Source: Dehalococcoidia bacterium (GTDB lineage Bacteria; Chloroflexota; Dehalococcoidia; Bin125). Taken from it: 64,000 nucleotides of DNA. A model generated the notes under the pieces. That model did no database searches and had not been told where the DNA came from. It saw only the letters and a list, made by a program, of their open reading frames with translations. Made by a program: the position numbers and the translations under genes. Every line of letters begins with the position of its first letter. Within the stretch, counting starts at the first letter, position 1. The stretch spans positions 192,001 to 256,000 of the forward strand of contig CAXXRD010000001.1 of assembly GCA_963663895.2 (NCBI GenBank). The letters run 5' to 3'. Below are positions 19,262-28,506 of this stretch, piece after piece.

Positions 19262-22120
19262 CTAGCTGCAGCCCGACGTATTGCCGCAGTTAAGGCACGC
19301 GAAACAGCTCCCGTTGCGCACCATCATGTGGCCGCAGTCGGAGCAGGGCGGGGCGTCCAATTCGCTGCGCTCCCGTGCGCTCCCGTTGGCCGATGGATAG
19401 TTGCTCAGGAAATCCGGCACCGCGACGGAGGCCACCGGGCTCGCCTCCGGGGGCGACGGCTCTTCTTGCAACGGCAGCGGCGCCTGTGCCGCCGTCACAT
19501 CCCGCTCATCATTCGGCAGGTAGCGCCGCCCCATCCACCGGAACACGTAGTCCAGGATCGAACTGGCGTGGCCCAGCTCCAGATTGCGCGTCCAGCCGCT
19601 CGGCTCGAAGCGGCTGTGGCTGAACTTGCGCACCAACGTTTCAATCGGCACGCCAGACTGCAACGCCACGCTCGTCAGCGCTCCCACCGCGTCCACGAGC
19701 CCCGACACGGTCGAGCCTTCCTTCGACACGTGCACGAATACCTCACCGGGCTGGCCGTTCGCGTACTCCCCGACCGTCAGGTAGCCCTCGTGCTCGCCGA
19801 TCGTAAACTTGTGCGTCACTGCTCCCCGGTCGTCCGGCAGGCGGTGCCGCCGGTACGCGGGCGGCCCCGTTGCCGCATCAACCACGGTTGGCTCGTCCGC
19901 CGACGAGGACAGCGCCACCGCGTCCGTCTCGCCGACCTTCGTCCCATCCTTCCGCTCCACCGTCTCCAGCGGCTGGATCCGCTTCGAGTTATCGCGATAG
20001 ATCGCGATCGCCTTGACGCCCAACTGCCATGCTTGGACGTACGTCTCCATGATCTCGTCGATCGTGACGTCCTCAGGCACGTTCACCGTCTTGGAGATCG
20101 CGCCGGAGAGGAACGGTTGAGCCGCGCCCATCATCCGCACATGCGCCATCGGCTCAATGCTGCGCTCGCCCTCGGCCGGCTTGAAGGCGCAGTCGAAGAC
20201 GGCCAGGTCCGCCTCGCGCAAGCCGGGCGCGCCCTCGATCGTGCCGTGCTCATCGATATAGGCGACGATCGCATCCGTCGCCGCCGTGTCGTACCCCAAC
20301 CGACGCAAGGCCGCCGGCACTGTGTTGTTGACGATCTTTAGGTAGCCGCCACCCGAGAGGTTCTTGTATTTGATCAGCGCGATATCCGGCTCGATGCCGG
20401 TCGTGTCGCAATCCATCATGAACGCGATCGTGCCAGTGGGCGCCAGGACCGTCGCCTGCGCATTGCGGTAGCCGTAAAGCAATCCCAAGCGAAGCGCCTC
20501 GTCCCAAGTCTCCTGCGCGCCCGCCGCGAGATCGGCGGGAACCGCGTCGAGTGCCTCGATCTGCGCCACCTGCTCGCGATGCTTCTTGATCACTCGCAAG
20601 AACGATTCGCGATTCTCTTGATACCTCGCGAACGCCCCCAACCGCTCCGCAACCCGCGCCGATTGGGCGTACGCCTCGCCGGTCAGCGCCGCCGTGATCG
20701 CCCCCGCCATCGCCCGCCCCTCGGGTGAGTCGTACGGCAGGCCGCGCGCCATCAGCAAGGCGCCCAGATTGGCGTAGCCCAATCCCAAGGGCCGGTAGTG
20801 GTGACTGTTCTCTTCGATCTTCTGCGACGGGTAGGAGGCGTTATCGACCAAGATCTCTTGCGCGGCGATCAGCACCTTGCAGGCCGCGCGGAACGCATCG
20901 ATATCGAAGGTATGCGTATCCAAGTCGTAGAACTTGAGCAGATTGATCGACGCCAGGTTGCAAGCGGTGTCGTCGAGGAACATGTACTCGGAGCAGGGAT
21001 TACTGGCGTAGATCCGGTCGGTGCCGGCGCAGGTGTGCCAGTCGTTGATCGTGGTGTCGAACTGCATGCCCGGGTCGCCGCAGACGTAGGTCGCCTCGGC
21101 GATCGCGCGCAGCACGGCGCGCGCCGACAGATCCTCCACAGGCTCCTTGGTCGTAACCGCCGTCGTCCAGTAGGTGGCGTCCTGCTCCACCGCACGCATG
21201 AAGGCATCGGTCACCCGCACGCTGTGGTTCGCGTTTTGGAAGGAAATGGAGGAGTAGGCCTCACCGTTGAGCGACCCGTCGTAGCCGCTGTCGATCAGCG
21301 CCCATGCCTTCTGCTCTTCCTTCGACTTACAGTGAACGAACTCCATCACGTCGGGGTGATCGGCGTTCAGGATCACCATCTTGGCCGCGCGGCGCGTTTT
21401 CCCGCCGGACTTAATCACGTTGGCGAAGGCGTCGTAGCCGCGCATGAACGAGACGGGGCCTGACGGCGTGCCGCCCCCGGTGAGCTTCTCTCTGCTCGAG
21501 CGCAGCGACGAGAGGTTGCTGCCCGTCCCGCTCCCCCACTTGAAGAGCAACGCCTCGCGCGTCGCCAGGTCCATGATCGACTCCATCGTGTCGTCGACGG
21601 AGTTGATGAAACAAGCGGAGCACTGGGGCCGCTCCACAACCCCCACGTTGAACCACACCGGGCTGTTGAACGCGGCGCACTGGTTGATCAGGAGATGGCG
21701 CAGCTCCTGCTCGAACGTCTCCCGCTCCTCCGACGTCCCGAAGTAGCCGCCCTCCAGCCCCCAGTCGGCGATGGTCACCGCGACGCGATCCACTAACTGC
21801 TTGACCGACCGCTCCCGCTCCGGCGCATCGACATCGCCGTAGAAATACTTCGACACGACGATGTTCGTCGCGTTCACCGACCACGCGGCCGGCACCTCAA
21901 CGTCCTTCTGCTCGAACAGCAGCTTCCCCCCGTCCGAGGTGATCCGGGCCGTCCGCAGCTCCCATGCGACCCCGTCGTAAGAATGGCGATCCGGCGTCGT
22001 GAAGAAGCGCTCGATCAACGGCGGCGTGGCGGGGGAACGCAACTCCTCCTGCAGTGCGACATCCGTAGCCGACTCCTCGGGGGACTCAACAGTGAGAAGA
22101 GCATCGTCGGTCGCGGTCAT
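19262..22120 (-). CDS. nrdJ: Vitamin B12-dependent (class II) ribonucleotide reductase
   Basis: FNSPVWFN, QCSACFI, GGKTRRAAKM, SNPCSEY, ACNLAS, APTGTI, GAISKTVN, C-terminal CxxC..CxxCG.TSGCS. Confidence 0.97.
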   Translation of the reverse strand: MTATDDALLTVESPEESATDVALQEELRSPATPPLIERFFTTPDRHSYDGVAWELRTARITSDGGKLLFEQKDVEVPAAWSVNATNIVVSKYFYGDVDAPERERSVKQLVDRVAVTIADWGLEGGYFGTSEERETFEQELRHLLINQCAAFNSPVWFNVGVVERPQCSACFINSVDDTMESIMDLATREALLFKWGSGTGSNLSSLRSSREKLTGGGTPSGPVSFMRGYDAFANVIKSGGKTRRAAKMVILNADHPDVMEFVHCKSKEEQKAWALIDSGYDGSLNGEAYSSISFQNANHSVRVTDAFMRAVEQDATYWTTAVTTKEPVEDLSARAVLRAIAEATYVCGDPGMQFDTTINDWHTCAGTDRIYASNPCSEYMFLDDTACNLASINLLKFYDLDTHTFDIDAFRAACKVLIAAQEILVDNASYPSQKIEENSHHYRPLGLGYANLGALLMARGLPYDSPEGRAMAGAITAALTGEAYAQSARVAERLGAFARYQENRESFLRVIKKHREQVAQIEALDAVPADLAAGAQETWDEALRLGLLYGYRNAQATVLAPTGTIAFMMDCDTTGIEPDIALIKYKNLSGGGYLKIVNNTVPAALRRLGYDTAATDAIVAYIDEHGTIEGAPGLREADLAVFDCAFKPAEGERSIEPMAHVRMMGAAQPFLSGAISKTVNVPEDVTIDEIMETYVQAWQLGVKAIAIYRDNSKRIQPLETVERKDGTKVGETDAVALSSSADEPTVVDAATGPPAYRRHRLPDDRGAVTHKFTIGEHEGYLTVGEYANGQPGEVFVHVSKEGSTVSGLVDAVGALTSVALQSGVPIETLVRKFSHSRFEPSGWTRNLELGHASSILDYVFRWMGRRYLPNDERDVTAAQAPLPLQEEPSPPEASPVASVAVPDFLSNYPSANGSARERSELDAPPCSDCGHMMVRNGSCFACLNCGNTSGCS

Positions 22121-22283
22121 GGCTGAATCCTTATGCTAGAAGCGCTGGCCTCTCCCGCTGAGACCAGCGAGGTTTACGTCACATTTGCCAGGACAAAGTT
22201 CAATTAATCTTCCGCACATAACTGCTAAGACAGCTAAGCAGCTTATGCAGAGAGCCCCCATGTCAGCACAAGTGGCCATGGAA

Positions 22284-22331
22284 ACACAAGAAGATGGGCA
22301 TAGCCGATCCATAATACACAATATCTAGTCA
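22284..22331. promoter_or_regulatory. Tandem NrdR boxes upstream of nrdJ
   Basis: ACACAATATCTAGTCA (22316-22331) is close to the acaCwAtATaTwGtgt consensus. A weaker ACACAAGAAGATGGGC starts 32 bp earlier, a typical NrdR spacing. Confidence 0.7.
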
Positions 22332-22467
22332 ACTTCCCATCCACACCCGATCCCCAAAAAACTCTCCCGCTACCTTGTTCACCGCCTATCTAGATCGGAA
22401 ATTCGAACAGATGTCTCATCATACTCGAACCGCCAGGCGGCTGACGGCATCGCGCGACCCCGCTTCC

Positions 22468-23451
22468 ATGGCCGACCTGCGCCTCGCTCCTACCGGGATC
22501 GGTTCGACCCATCACCGCGACGCCAGTGCGGCCGTCTCCACCATCCTCGCCGCCTACCCGGAGCTCCCCTTCTGGCCCCAGCTTCCCAACCGCGCGCCCT
22601 CTGAAGCGATGGCGCCACAGGCTGGCCTCGCCCTCCAGGGCGCTCGCTGGGACGGTCGGCGCCTCCACTGGGCGGAAGCGCGCCTTGATGCGCCCCCGCC
22701 TGCCCTGCTGCCGCCTCCCGACCGCGCGGCCGGCCTCCACGCCCTCCTGGCGCGCCTCAAGACGCGTCCACCGGACCAGCGGCCGCCGTTCGCCAAGGGC
22801 CAGATCATTGGCCCGGTAACGCTCAGCGCCTGCATCGCCGATCCCCCCTCGCTCACGGCGCTGGGGCGCTGGCTTGGCGCACTCGCCGCGGCGCAGGTCT
22901 CCACCTTTGGCCGTCTCGGCATGCGCCCGCTCATCACTTTCGACGAGCCGCTCCTAGCTCGCGTCGGCGAGCGCACCCCGTCGTCCGCCACCTGGGACGA
23001 CGCCTTGGCCGCGCTGCACGCCGCTTTCACGCCCGTCAAGCAGGCGGGCGGCCTCGCCGGGCTCCACTGTTGCGCCCCCGCGAACTGGACGCGCGCCCTC
23101 GCCGCCGAACCCGACATCATCCATTTCGACGCGACGCCCTCCGGCCTCGGCCGCTTCCTCGATCACCGCGAGGCGTTGCGCGCGCACCTGGCCCGCGGGG
23201 GCGGCTTCGGTTGGGGGGTCTGGCCCACCGATGCCGCCGCCCCGCCGTTCAACCTCTCCGCCGGGCGTACCGCGCTTCTCGCCGCCGCCAACGCACTCAC
23301 CGATGCGTCGATCGGCGTCGCCGGCCTCCTCCGCCGATCGACACTCAGCGGCGTCTGCGGCACCGCCAGCTTCAGCGGCGAACGCGAGCACCAGTTAGCG
23401 GCGAACTTACAGGCTCTGGCAGCGTCTCTCAGAGAGCAGCTCGACCTGTAG
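22468..23451 (+). CDS. Short methionine synthase-like protein (core-MetE / UROD-MetE fold)
   Basis: TGIGS, PFWPQLP, KGQIIGPVT, DEP, GLHCCA and C-terminal SGVCG (HxC...C zinc ligands); lacks the MetE N-terminal half. Confidence 0.7.
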   Translation: MADLRLAPTGIGSTHHRDASAAVSTILAAYPELPFWPQLPNRAPSEAMAPQAGLALQGARWDGRRLHWAEARLDAPPPALLPPPDRAAGLHALLARLKTRPPDQRPPFAKGQIIGPVTLSACIADPPSLTALGRWLGALAAAQVSTFGRLGMRPLITFDEPLLARVGERTPSSATWDDALAALHAAFTPVKQAGGLAGLHCCAPANWTRALAAEPDIIHFDATPSGLGRFLDHREALRAHLARGGGFGWGVWPTDAAAPPFNLSAGRTALLAAANALTDASIGVAGLLRRSTLSGVCGTASFSGEREHQLAANLQALAASLREQLDL

Positions 23452-23466
23452 GAAGCGGGGCCAGAG

Positions 23467-24651
23467 CTACTCGGCGAGCGCCCGTCCGTTCGCTCGCAAC
23501 AAATCCGTGTAGCTCTCGACTCCGGCTATTGGCTGCGAGTAGATCACTCGCACCTCGGCTCCCGTCTCAGCGGCGATCTGCTCGATGGTCGAGGATTCGA
23601 ACTGCGGCTCTCGATAGACCCGCGTCACGCCTCGATCCCGCATCGCTTCGATCAGGTCGGCTAACTCAGCCGCGCTTGCCTCCTGCTCCGGTCCCTCGAT
23701 CACGAATCCAAAGACCTCCAGGTCGTACCGGCGCGCGAAATAGCCGAAGGCGTCGTGGAACGTGACGAGCACCCGATGCTCGGGCGCAAGACCCACGAGG
23801 AGCGCCTGCACATCGGCGTCCGCGGCTTCGATCTCCGCGATGTAGCGCGACGCGTTTGCCGCGAACTCCTCCGCACCGTCCGGCAGCAGAGCGCTCAGCT
23901 CGTCGCGGATCGCCTGCACCGCTTGAATCGCGCGATCCGGATCGAGCCAGAAATGCGGATCGAAGACGCTGTGGCCCTCTTCCTCATCGTGATGCTCGCC
24001 TTCCTCTTCTTCACCCTCGTCCTCGTCGTGATGCTCACCCTCCTCCTCGTCACCTTCCTCCTCGCCGTGATGCTCGCCTTCCTCTTCTTCACCCTCGTCC
24101 TCGTCGTGATGCTCACCCTCCTCCTCGTCACCCTCGTCCTCGCCGTGATCCTCACCCTCCTCCTCGTCGTGATGCTCGTCCTCATCGTGAGCGAAACCTG
24201 GCGGGAACTCTTCCAACTCGATCCAGTCCGAGAGCTCCACTAGCGGAGTATTCCCCAAGTTCTCCTCGATCGTGCCTTCGTAAGCGCCCTCTAAACCACC
24301 ACCATTCAGCACCACCAAGTCAGCTTCGGTCACGGCGCGCACATTGTCGGGGGTCAACTCGAACGTGTGCGCGTCCGCCCCCGGCGGAACCAGCGCCACT
24401 ACGCGCACGCGCTCGCCGCCAACCTGCGCGACCCACTCCGCCACGATCTCCGTGCTGGCGACCACATCAATGCTCGCCGCGCGCGGCTCCTCGACCGGCG
24501 CCGCTGGTGCTTGAGACGTTGCAGGTGTTTGGGGTGTCTGTGCAACATCCACGTCTTCGTCGCCGCAGGCGGCAACGACAAACACCATCCCCGCCAACAA
24601 GGCCAACGGCAGCGCACGCCGTATCAGACCAGAAGCAACACGTCGATTCAT
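23467..24651 (-). CDS. Zn/Mn ABC transporter substrate-binding lipoprotein (ZnuA-like) with long His/Glu/Asp loop
   Basis: Lipobox VAAC, GADAHTFE, NGGGLE, DPHFWLDP, TFHDAFGYFA. Confidence 0.93.
   Translation of the reverse strand: MNRRVASGLIRRALPLALLAGMVFVVAACGDEDVDVAQTPQTPATSQAPAAPVEEPRAASIDVVASTEIVAEWVAQVGGERVRVVALVPPGADAHTFELTPDNVRAVTEADLVVLNGGGLEGAYEGTIEENLGNTPLVELSDWIELEEFPPGFAHDEDEHHDEEEGEDHGEDEGDEEEGEHHDEDEGEEEEGEHHGEEEGDEEEGEHHDEDEGEEEEGEHHDEEEGHSVFDPHFWLDPDRAIQAVQAIRDELSALLPDGAEEFAANASRYIAEIEAADADVQALLVGLAPEHRVLVTFHDAFGYFARRYDLEVFGFVIEGPEQEASAAELADLIEAMRDRGVTRVYREPQFESSTIEQIAAETGAEVRVIYSQPIAGVESYTDLLRANGRALAE
23988..24190 (-). repeat. Intragenic tandem repeat (39/78 nt period) encoding EGEHHDEDEGEEE-type units
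   Basis: 23988-24053 matches 24066-24131. Confidence 0.9.
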
Positions 24652-24676
24652 GGCATCGAATCCTTATAGACAGAAG

Positions 24677-24691
24677 TGGGAATGACTCTCG
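24677..24691. promoter_or_regulatory. Fur-family (probably Zur) box
   Basis: TGGGAATGACTCTCG, an imperfect 7-1-7 palindrome like TGAGAATNATTCTCA, ~26 nt upstream of the ZnuA-like start. Confidence 0.55.
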
Positions 24692-24792
24692 TAGTCAGCG
24701 GGTAAGAGTAGGGAGAGCGAAGTCAGCGGTCAAGCGCGAGGGTGTTCGAGGAGGGAGGAATGCAAGGAGGAGAAGTCATTGAGTGGGACCGG

Positions 24793-26070
24793 CTAGTTCA
24801 ACCAGGGCAGTGGGTCCACCGGCACGCCGTTCATGATGATCTCGAAGTGCAGGTGCGCCCCGGTCGAATAGCCCGTTGACCCCACGAAGCCGATCAGCGA
24901 CCCCGCGTCAACGTACTCCCCCAGAAACACGTCGATGTAGCTCAAGTGCGCGTACCGCGTCACCACGCCACCGCCATGATCAACGAGCACGTTGAGTCCA
25001 AACGAGCCGGCCGGACCCGCTTGCACCACGACTCCCGGTGCCGCCGACCCTACAAACGTTCCCACCGGCGCCGCGAAATCGACCCCGGTGTGATAGCCAA
25101 AGGAGTTACCACGCGGCGATCCAAAAAAGTCGGTCACCACGCCGCCGATCGGCCAGACGAACTCGGGAATCGCGTAGACCGGCCCCGAGCCGAATCCGAA
25201 GGTCTGCGATGCTGTGCCGCCCACCAACAGGATCGTGCTTCCTTCGATCAGGGAGTGCGCGCTGGCCAGATCGTTCCCGTGATAGGCGACGGTCGCCTCC
25301 AGGTCCGCCTCGAAATTCTCGATGATCTCCGTCAGCGTGTCGCCCAGGTTCACGGTGTAAACGATGCCGTCCGTGGTCGGGATCGTCAGTTGCCCACCGG
25401 GCTCGAGGTGGTCGGGATCCAGGATCTCCCAGTTATTGTTCAAGATAGAACTGGTCTCCAAGCCAAACCGCGCCGCCAACTTAGCCACCGAGTCGCCGCG
25501 CTGCACCTCGTAACCGAAATAGGGCGGCAGCGCCGATCCGGGCGGCAGTTCCAACCACGCCGACAGCACCGTTTCATCCGAGAGATCCGTCGCAAAGACC
25601 GGTCCCGTGTCCCGCAGCAGCTCTGGGGCGGCGGCGAACGTCAGCACCGCCTGGATCTGCTCGGCCGACAGCAGCGGCTGCACCGTTTCGTTCGAGAAGT
25701 GCACGAAGTCAGCGGCGAGGTGGCTCGCATACCGAGCCGCCGTCACAGTGCTGGAGGGATCGTGCTGGTAAATCGCGGCTGCGCTGGTCACGTCGAAGGC
25801 CGGCTGCGGGCCGTGCAGGGAGGCCAGCGCCAACGGCGCCCCACTCCCGAGCCCCGGCAGCGCAACCTGCACCGAGACGCTCCTTGCTTCCTCGACCGAG
25901 ACATCCATTCCCGTCGCGTCCGGCCGGATCAGCGTCACAGCCAGCGCCACTGCGGCCGCCATCAGTACCGAGGCCAGTGAGGCGGCTCGCCACCAGCGCG
26001 ACGAGGCTGGTATCCACACCGCGGGGCGCGCAGCACGAGCGCGGTTCAGTGCAGTCGTTCGAGCCGCCAT
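24793..26070 (-). CDS. LysM domain / M23 family peptidase
   Basis: YEVQRGDSV and YTVNLGDTL LysM repeats; HTGVDF, YAHLS, GSTGYSTGAHLHFE; N-terminal TM. Confidence 0.95.
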   Translation of the reverse strand: MAARTTALNRARAARPAVWIPASSRWWRAASLASVLMAAAVALAVTLIRPDATGMDVSVEEARSVSVQVALPGLGSGAPLALASLHGPQPAFDVTSAAAIYQHDPSSTVTAARYASHLAADFVHFSNETVQPLLSAEQIQAVLTFAAAPELLRDTGPVFATDLSDETVLSAWLELPPGSALPPYFGYEVQRGDSVAKLAARFGLETSSILNNNWEILDPDHLEPGGQLTIPTTDGIVYTVNLGDTLTEIIENFEADLEATVAYHGNDLASAHSLIEGSTILLVGGTASQTFGFGSGPVYAIPEFVWPIGGVVTDFFGSPRGNSFGYHTGVDFAAPVGTFVGSAAPGVVVQAGPAGSFGLNVLVDHGGGVVTRYAHLSYIDVFLGEYVDAGSLIGFVGSTGYSTGAHLHFEIIMNGVPVDPLPWLN

Positions 26071-26137
26071 ATCGGGACGCAGTCTAGAAAAGCCGCCGCG
26101 TAGTATCCAAGCGGTCCCTGTCCACTCTCGCTCCGCC

Positions 26138-26295
26138 AGCCACGCTCGCTTCGGAGTCCGACCGATCGATAGCCGCCTCTTCCCCCCGAGAGGGCAACGT
26201 TCAAGCCAACCGGACCCCTAGCAGCGGGCGCCCTTATTCGTTGGGTTCCAGGTCCGCTTTCAGGCCCACTCAACTCCTTGTCGAGCCATCGACCA
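26138..26295 (-). ncRNA. Candidate structured ncRNA (family unassigned)
   Basis: Intergenic. Nested helices on the minus strand: GCTCG/CGAGC, GGAGT/ACTCC, CGGACC/GGTCCG, GTTGCC.TCT/AGA.GGCGGC with G-U pairs. Confidence 0.35.
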
Positions 26296-26324
26296 TTTCC
26301 TAGGCTGCCCCCACAAGGCGCATC

Positions 26325-27161
26325 GTGACCGAACACGCCCCCAACCGCTCCCCGACTCAGCCTGCGTCCCCCGACAAAGTGCTGGAAGCCGCGCTGGCGC
26401 AGGCCGTCGAGCTCTTACAGCGCGCGCGGTACTGCATCGCCCTCACCGGCGCCGGCATCAGCGCCGAGAGCGGCATTCCCACCTACCGCGGCAAGGATGG
26501 CCTCTGGACCAAAGCCGGCGAACCGCCGCTCAATCAATACCAGCGCTTCTTGGCTGACCCGAACGACTACTGGGAAACGCAGCGCCAACGCCGCGAGAAC
26601 CCCGACGAACTCTTCGCCACGCTGCGCGAAGCCGTTCCCAATGACGGCCACTTCGGCCTCGCGGAACTGGAGCGCCTCGGCATCCTCCAACACACGATCA
26701 CGCAGAACATCGACAACCTGCACCGGCTGGCCGGCAGCGAGCGCCTCACGGAGATCCATGGCAACAGTCACTACACGCGCTGCCTCGCATGCAACGCCCG
26801 TGCCCCTTTCGACGAGATCCTCGAGGCGCTCCCACCGCGCTGCGAGAACTGTGGAGGCCTGCTCAAGTCCGACACGGTGATGTTCGGGGAGCCCATCCCC
26901 CGCGATCACCTCGCGGCCTGCTTCCATGAGGCCCAGCAAGCCGACTGCCTCCTCCTCGTCGGCACCACTGCCGTCGTCACCCCGGCGGCCGACTTCGCTT
27001 GGGACATCTACAGGCGCGGCCATCCGCTTATCGAGATCAACCCTGAGCCGACGGTGATCAGCGACCACTGCACCGTGACGATCCGGACCCCCGCAGGAGA
27101 GGCGCTCCCTCGGATCGTCGATCAGCTCAAGCGATCCGCCGCCCGCTCCCACGACTCATGA
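26325..27161 (+). CDS. cobB: NAD-dependent protein deacylase (sirtuin)
   Basis: TGAGISAESGIPTYRG, TQNIDNLH, EIHGN, two CxxC, VMFGE, VGT, IN. Confidence 0.93.
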   Translation: MTEHAPNRSPTQPASPDKVLEAALAQAVELLQRARYCIALTGAGISAESGIPTYRGKDGLWTKAGEPPLNQYQRFLADPNDYWETQRQRRENPDELFATLREAVPNDGHFGLAELERLGILQHTITQNIDNLHRLAGSERLTEIHGNSHYTRCLACNARAPFDEILEALPPRCENCGGLLKSDTVMFGEPIPRDHLAACFHEAQQADCLLLVGTTAVVTPAADFAWDIYRRGHPLIEINPEPTVISDHCTVTIRTPAGEALPRIVDQLKRSAARSHDS

Positions 27162-28465
27162 ATCGCCCGGTTGCCGTCGACTGGGCGGAGGTACAAGCCG
27201 AAGTCGTCGATACGCTCCAGGCCTACCTCCGCATCGATACGACGAATCCGCCCGGCGGTGAGGAGGCCGCCGCCCGCTTCCTGGGCGCCATCCTCGAGCG
27301 CGAGGGGCTCACCCCCGAGTACTTCGATGCGGGCGCCGGGCGCGTGTCGCTGCGGACCGCGCTGCGCGGCGACGGCTCGCAGGCACCCCTGATGCTGCTC
27401 AACCACACCGACGTTGTGCCCGCGGAAGCCGAACATTGGCAGGTCGGCCCCTTTGACGGCGCCGTTCGCGACGGCTGCCTCTGGGGCCGCGGCGCCCTGG
27501 ATATGAAGGGGATGGGGATCCTCGAACTGCTCGTCCTCTTGGTCGCCAAGCGTGCGCGCCTGCCCCTCAAGCGGGACCTCGTCTTCCTCGCCCTCGCCGA
27601 TGAGGAAACCGGTGGCTCCAAGGGGATCGAGTTTCTCGACCGCGAGCGGCCCGACTTGCTGCGTGAGCCGGAGTACTGTCTGAACGAGGGCGGCATCGCG
27701 ACGCTGGAATTCCTGGGCGTCAAGCCCCCCGTCTTCGCCTGCAGTCCGGCCGAAAAAGGACCGCTCTGGCTCCGGCTGCGGGCCCGCGGCTCCCCGGGCC
27801 ACGGGTCGATCCCGCATGCGCGGAACGCAGCCGCGCGCTTGGTGCGCGCGCTCAACGCGATCGAGGGATGGGAGCGCGCCACGACCGTACTCCCGCTCAC
27901 ACAATCCCTCCTGGAGCAGATCGAACGCGCCGGCGATTGGCCCGGCGGCATGCCCAGCGTCGACACTCTCCGCAGCGCCCATCCCAGTTTCGCCGCCATG
28001 GTGACCAACACCGTCTCCCTCACCACGCTAACCGCCGGGGTGAAACACAACGTCATCCCCGCAAGCGCCGAAGCCACACTGGACTGCCGGCTCCTGCCCG
28101 GCGAGTCGCACGCAACCTTCGTCGACGCCATTCGGACCGTGATCAACGACCCCGATATCGAGACCGAAGTCGTCTTCCAGTCCGAGTCCGGCGTCTCCAA
28201 GTGGGAGACGGAGCTCGTCGCGATCATCCGGGAAGTCGTCCACGAAGAGGTCGCGGAGGCGCTGGTCTTGCCCGTAACCTCGGTGGGATTCACCGACTCT
28301 CGCGTCCTCCGCCGGCACGGCGTGAACACCTACGGCTTCATCCCCACCCTGATACCAAGCGAGTTCGCCAAGGGCATCCACGGCCACGACGAACGCGTGC
28401 CACTCGACAGCCTCGGTCAGGGCTGCAGGATCCTGTTCGAGGTCGTGCGCCGACTCGCCACGTAG
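27158..28465 (+). CDS. M20/M25/M40 family metallopeptidase
   Basis: NHTDVVP, WGRGALDMKG, DEETGG, NEGG, GHGS, NVIP, GFTD, HGHDER. Confidence 0.95.
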   Translation: MNRPVAVDWAEVQAEVVDTLQAYLRIDTTNPPGGEEAAARFLGAILEREGLTPEYFDAGAGRVSLRTALRGDGSQAPLMLLNHTDVVPAEAEHWQVGPFDGAVRDGCLWGRGALDMKGMGILELLVLLVAKRARLPLKRDLVFLALADEETGGSKGIEFLDRERPDLLREPEYCLNEGGIATLEFLGVKPPVFACSPAEKGPLWLRLRARGSPGHGSIPHARNAAARLVRALNAIEGWERATTVLPLTQSLLEQIERAGDWPGGMPSVDTLRSAHPSFAAMVTNTVSLTTLTAGVKHNVIPASAEATLDCRLLPGESHATFVDAIRTVINDPDIETEVVFQSESGVSKWETELVAIIREVVHEEVAEALVLPVTSVGFTDSRVLRRHGVNTYGFIPTLIPSEFAKGIHGHDERVPLDSLGQGCRILFEVVRRLAT

Positions 28466-28506
28466 CCCTTCGCTCCCCCTCTGCGCGATTACTGCGCACA
28501 GCTACT

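Noticed and set aside
19262-22120. Intein or intron in nrdJ
   Set aside because: Length and motif order are continuous; no intein splice motifs or homing endonuclease motifs were seen.
22121-22467. Cobalamin riboswitch upstream of nrdJ, and the 61-aa ORF at 22136-22321
   Set aside because: No recognisable B12-box elements. The small ORF overlaps the promoter/NrdR region and lacks coding character.
26071-26324. c-di-AMP (ydaO) riboswitch upstream of the LysM-M23 gene
   Set aside because: The context fits, but I could not find the hallmark GCTGAATCC / GGGGAACC / CCCGTCAGCTAAC segments.
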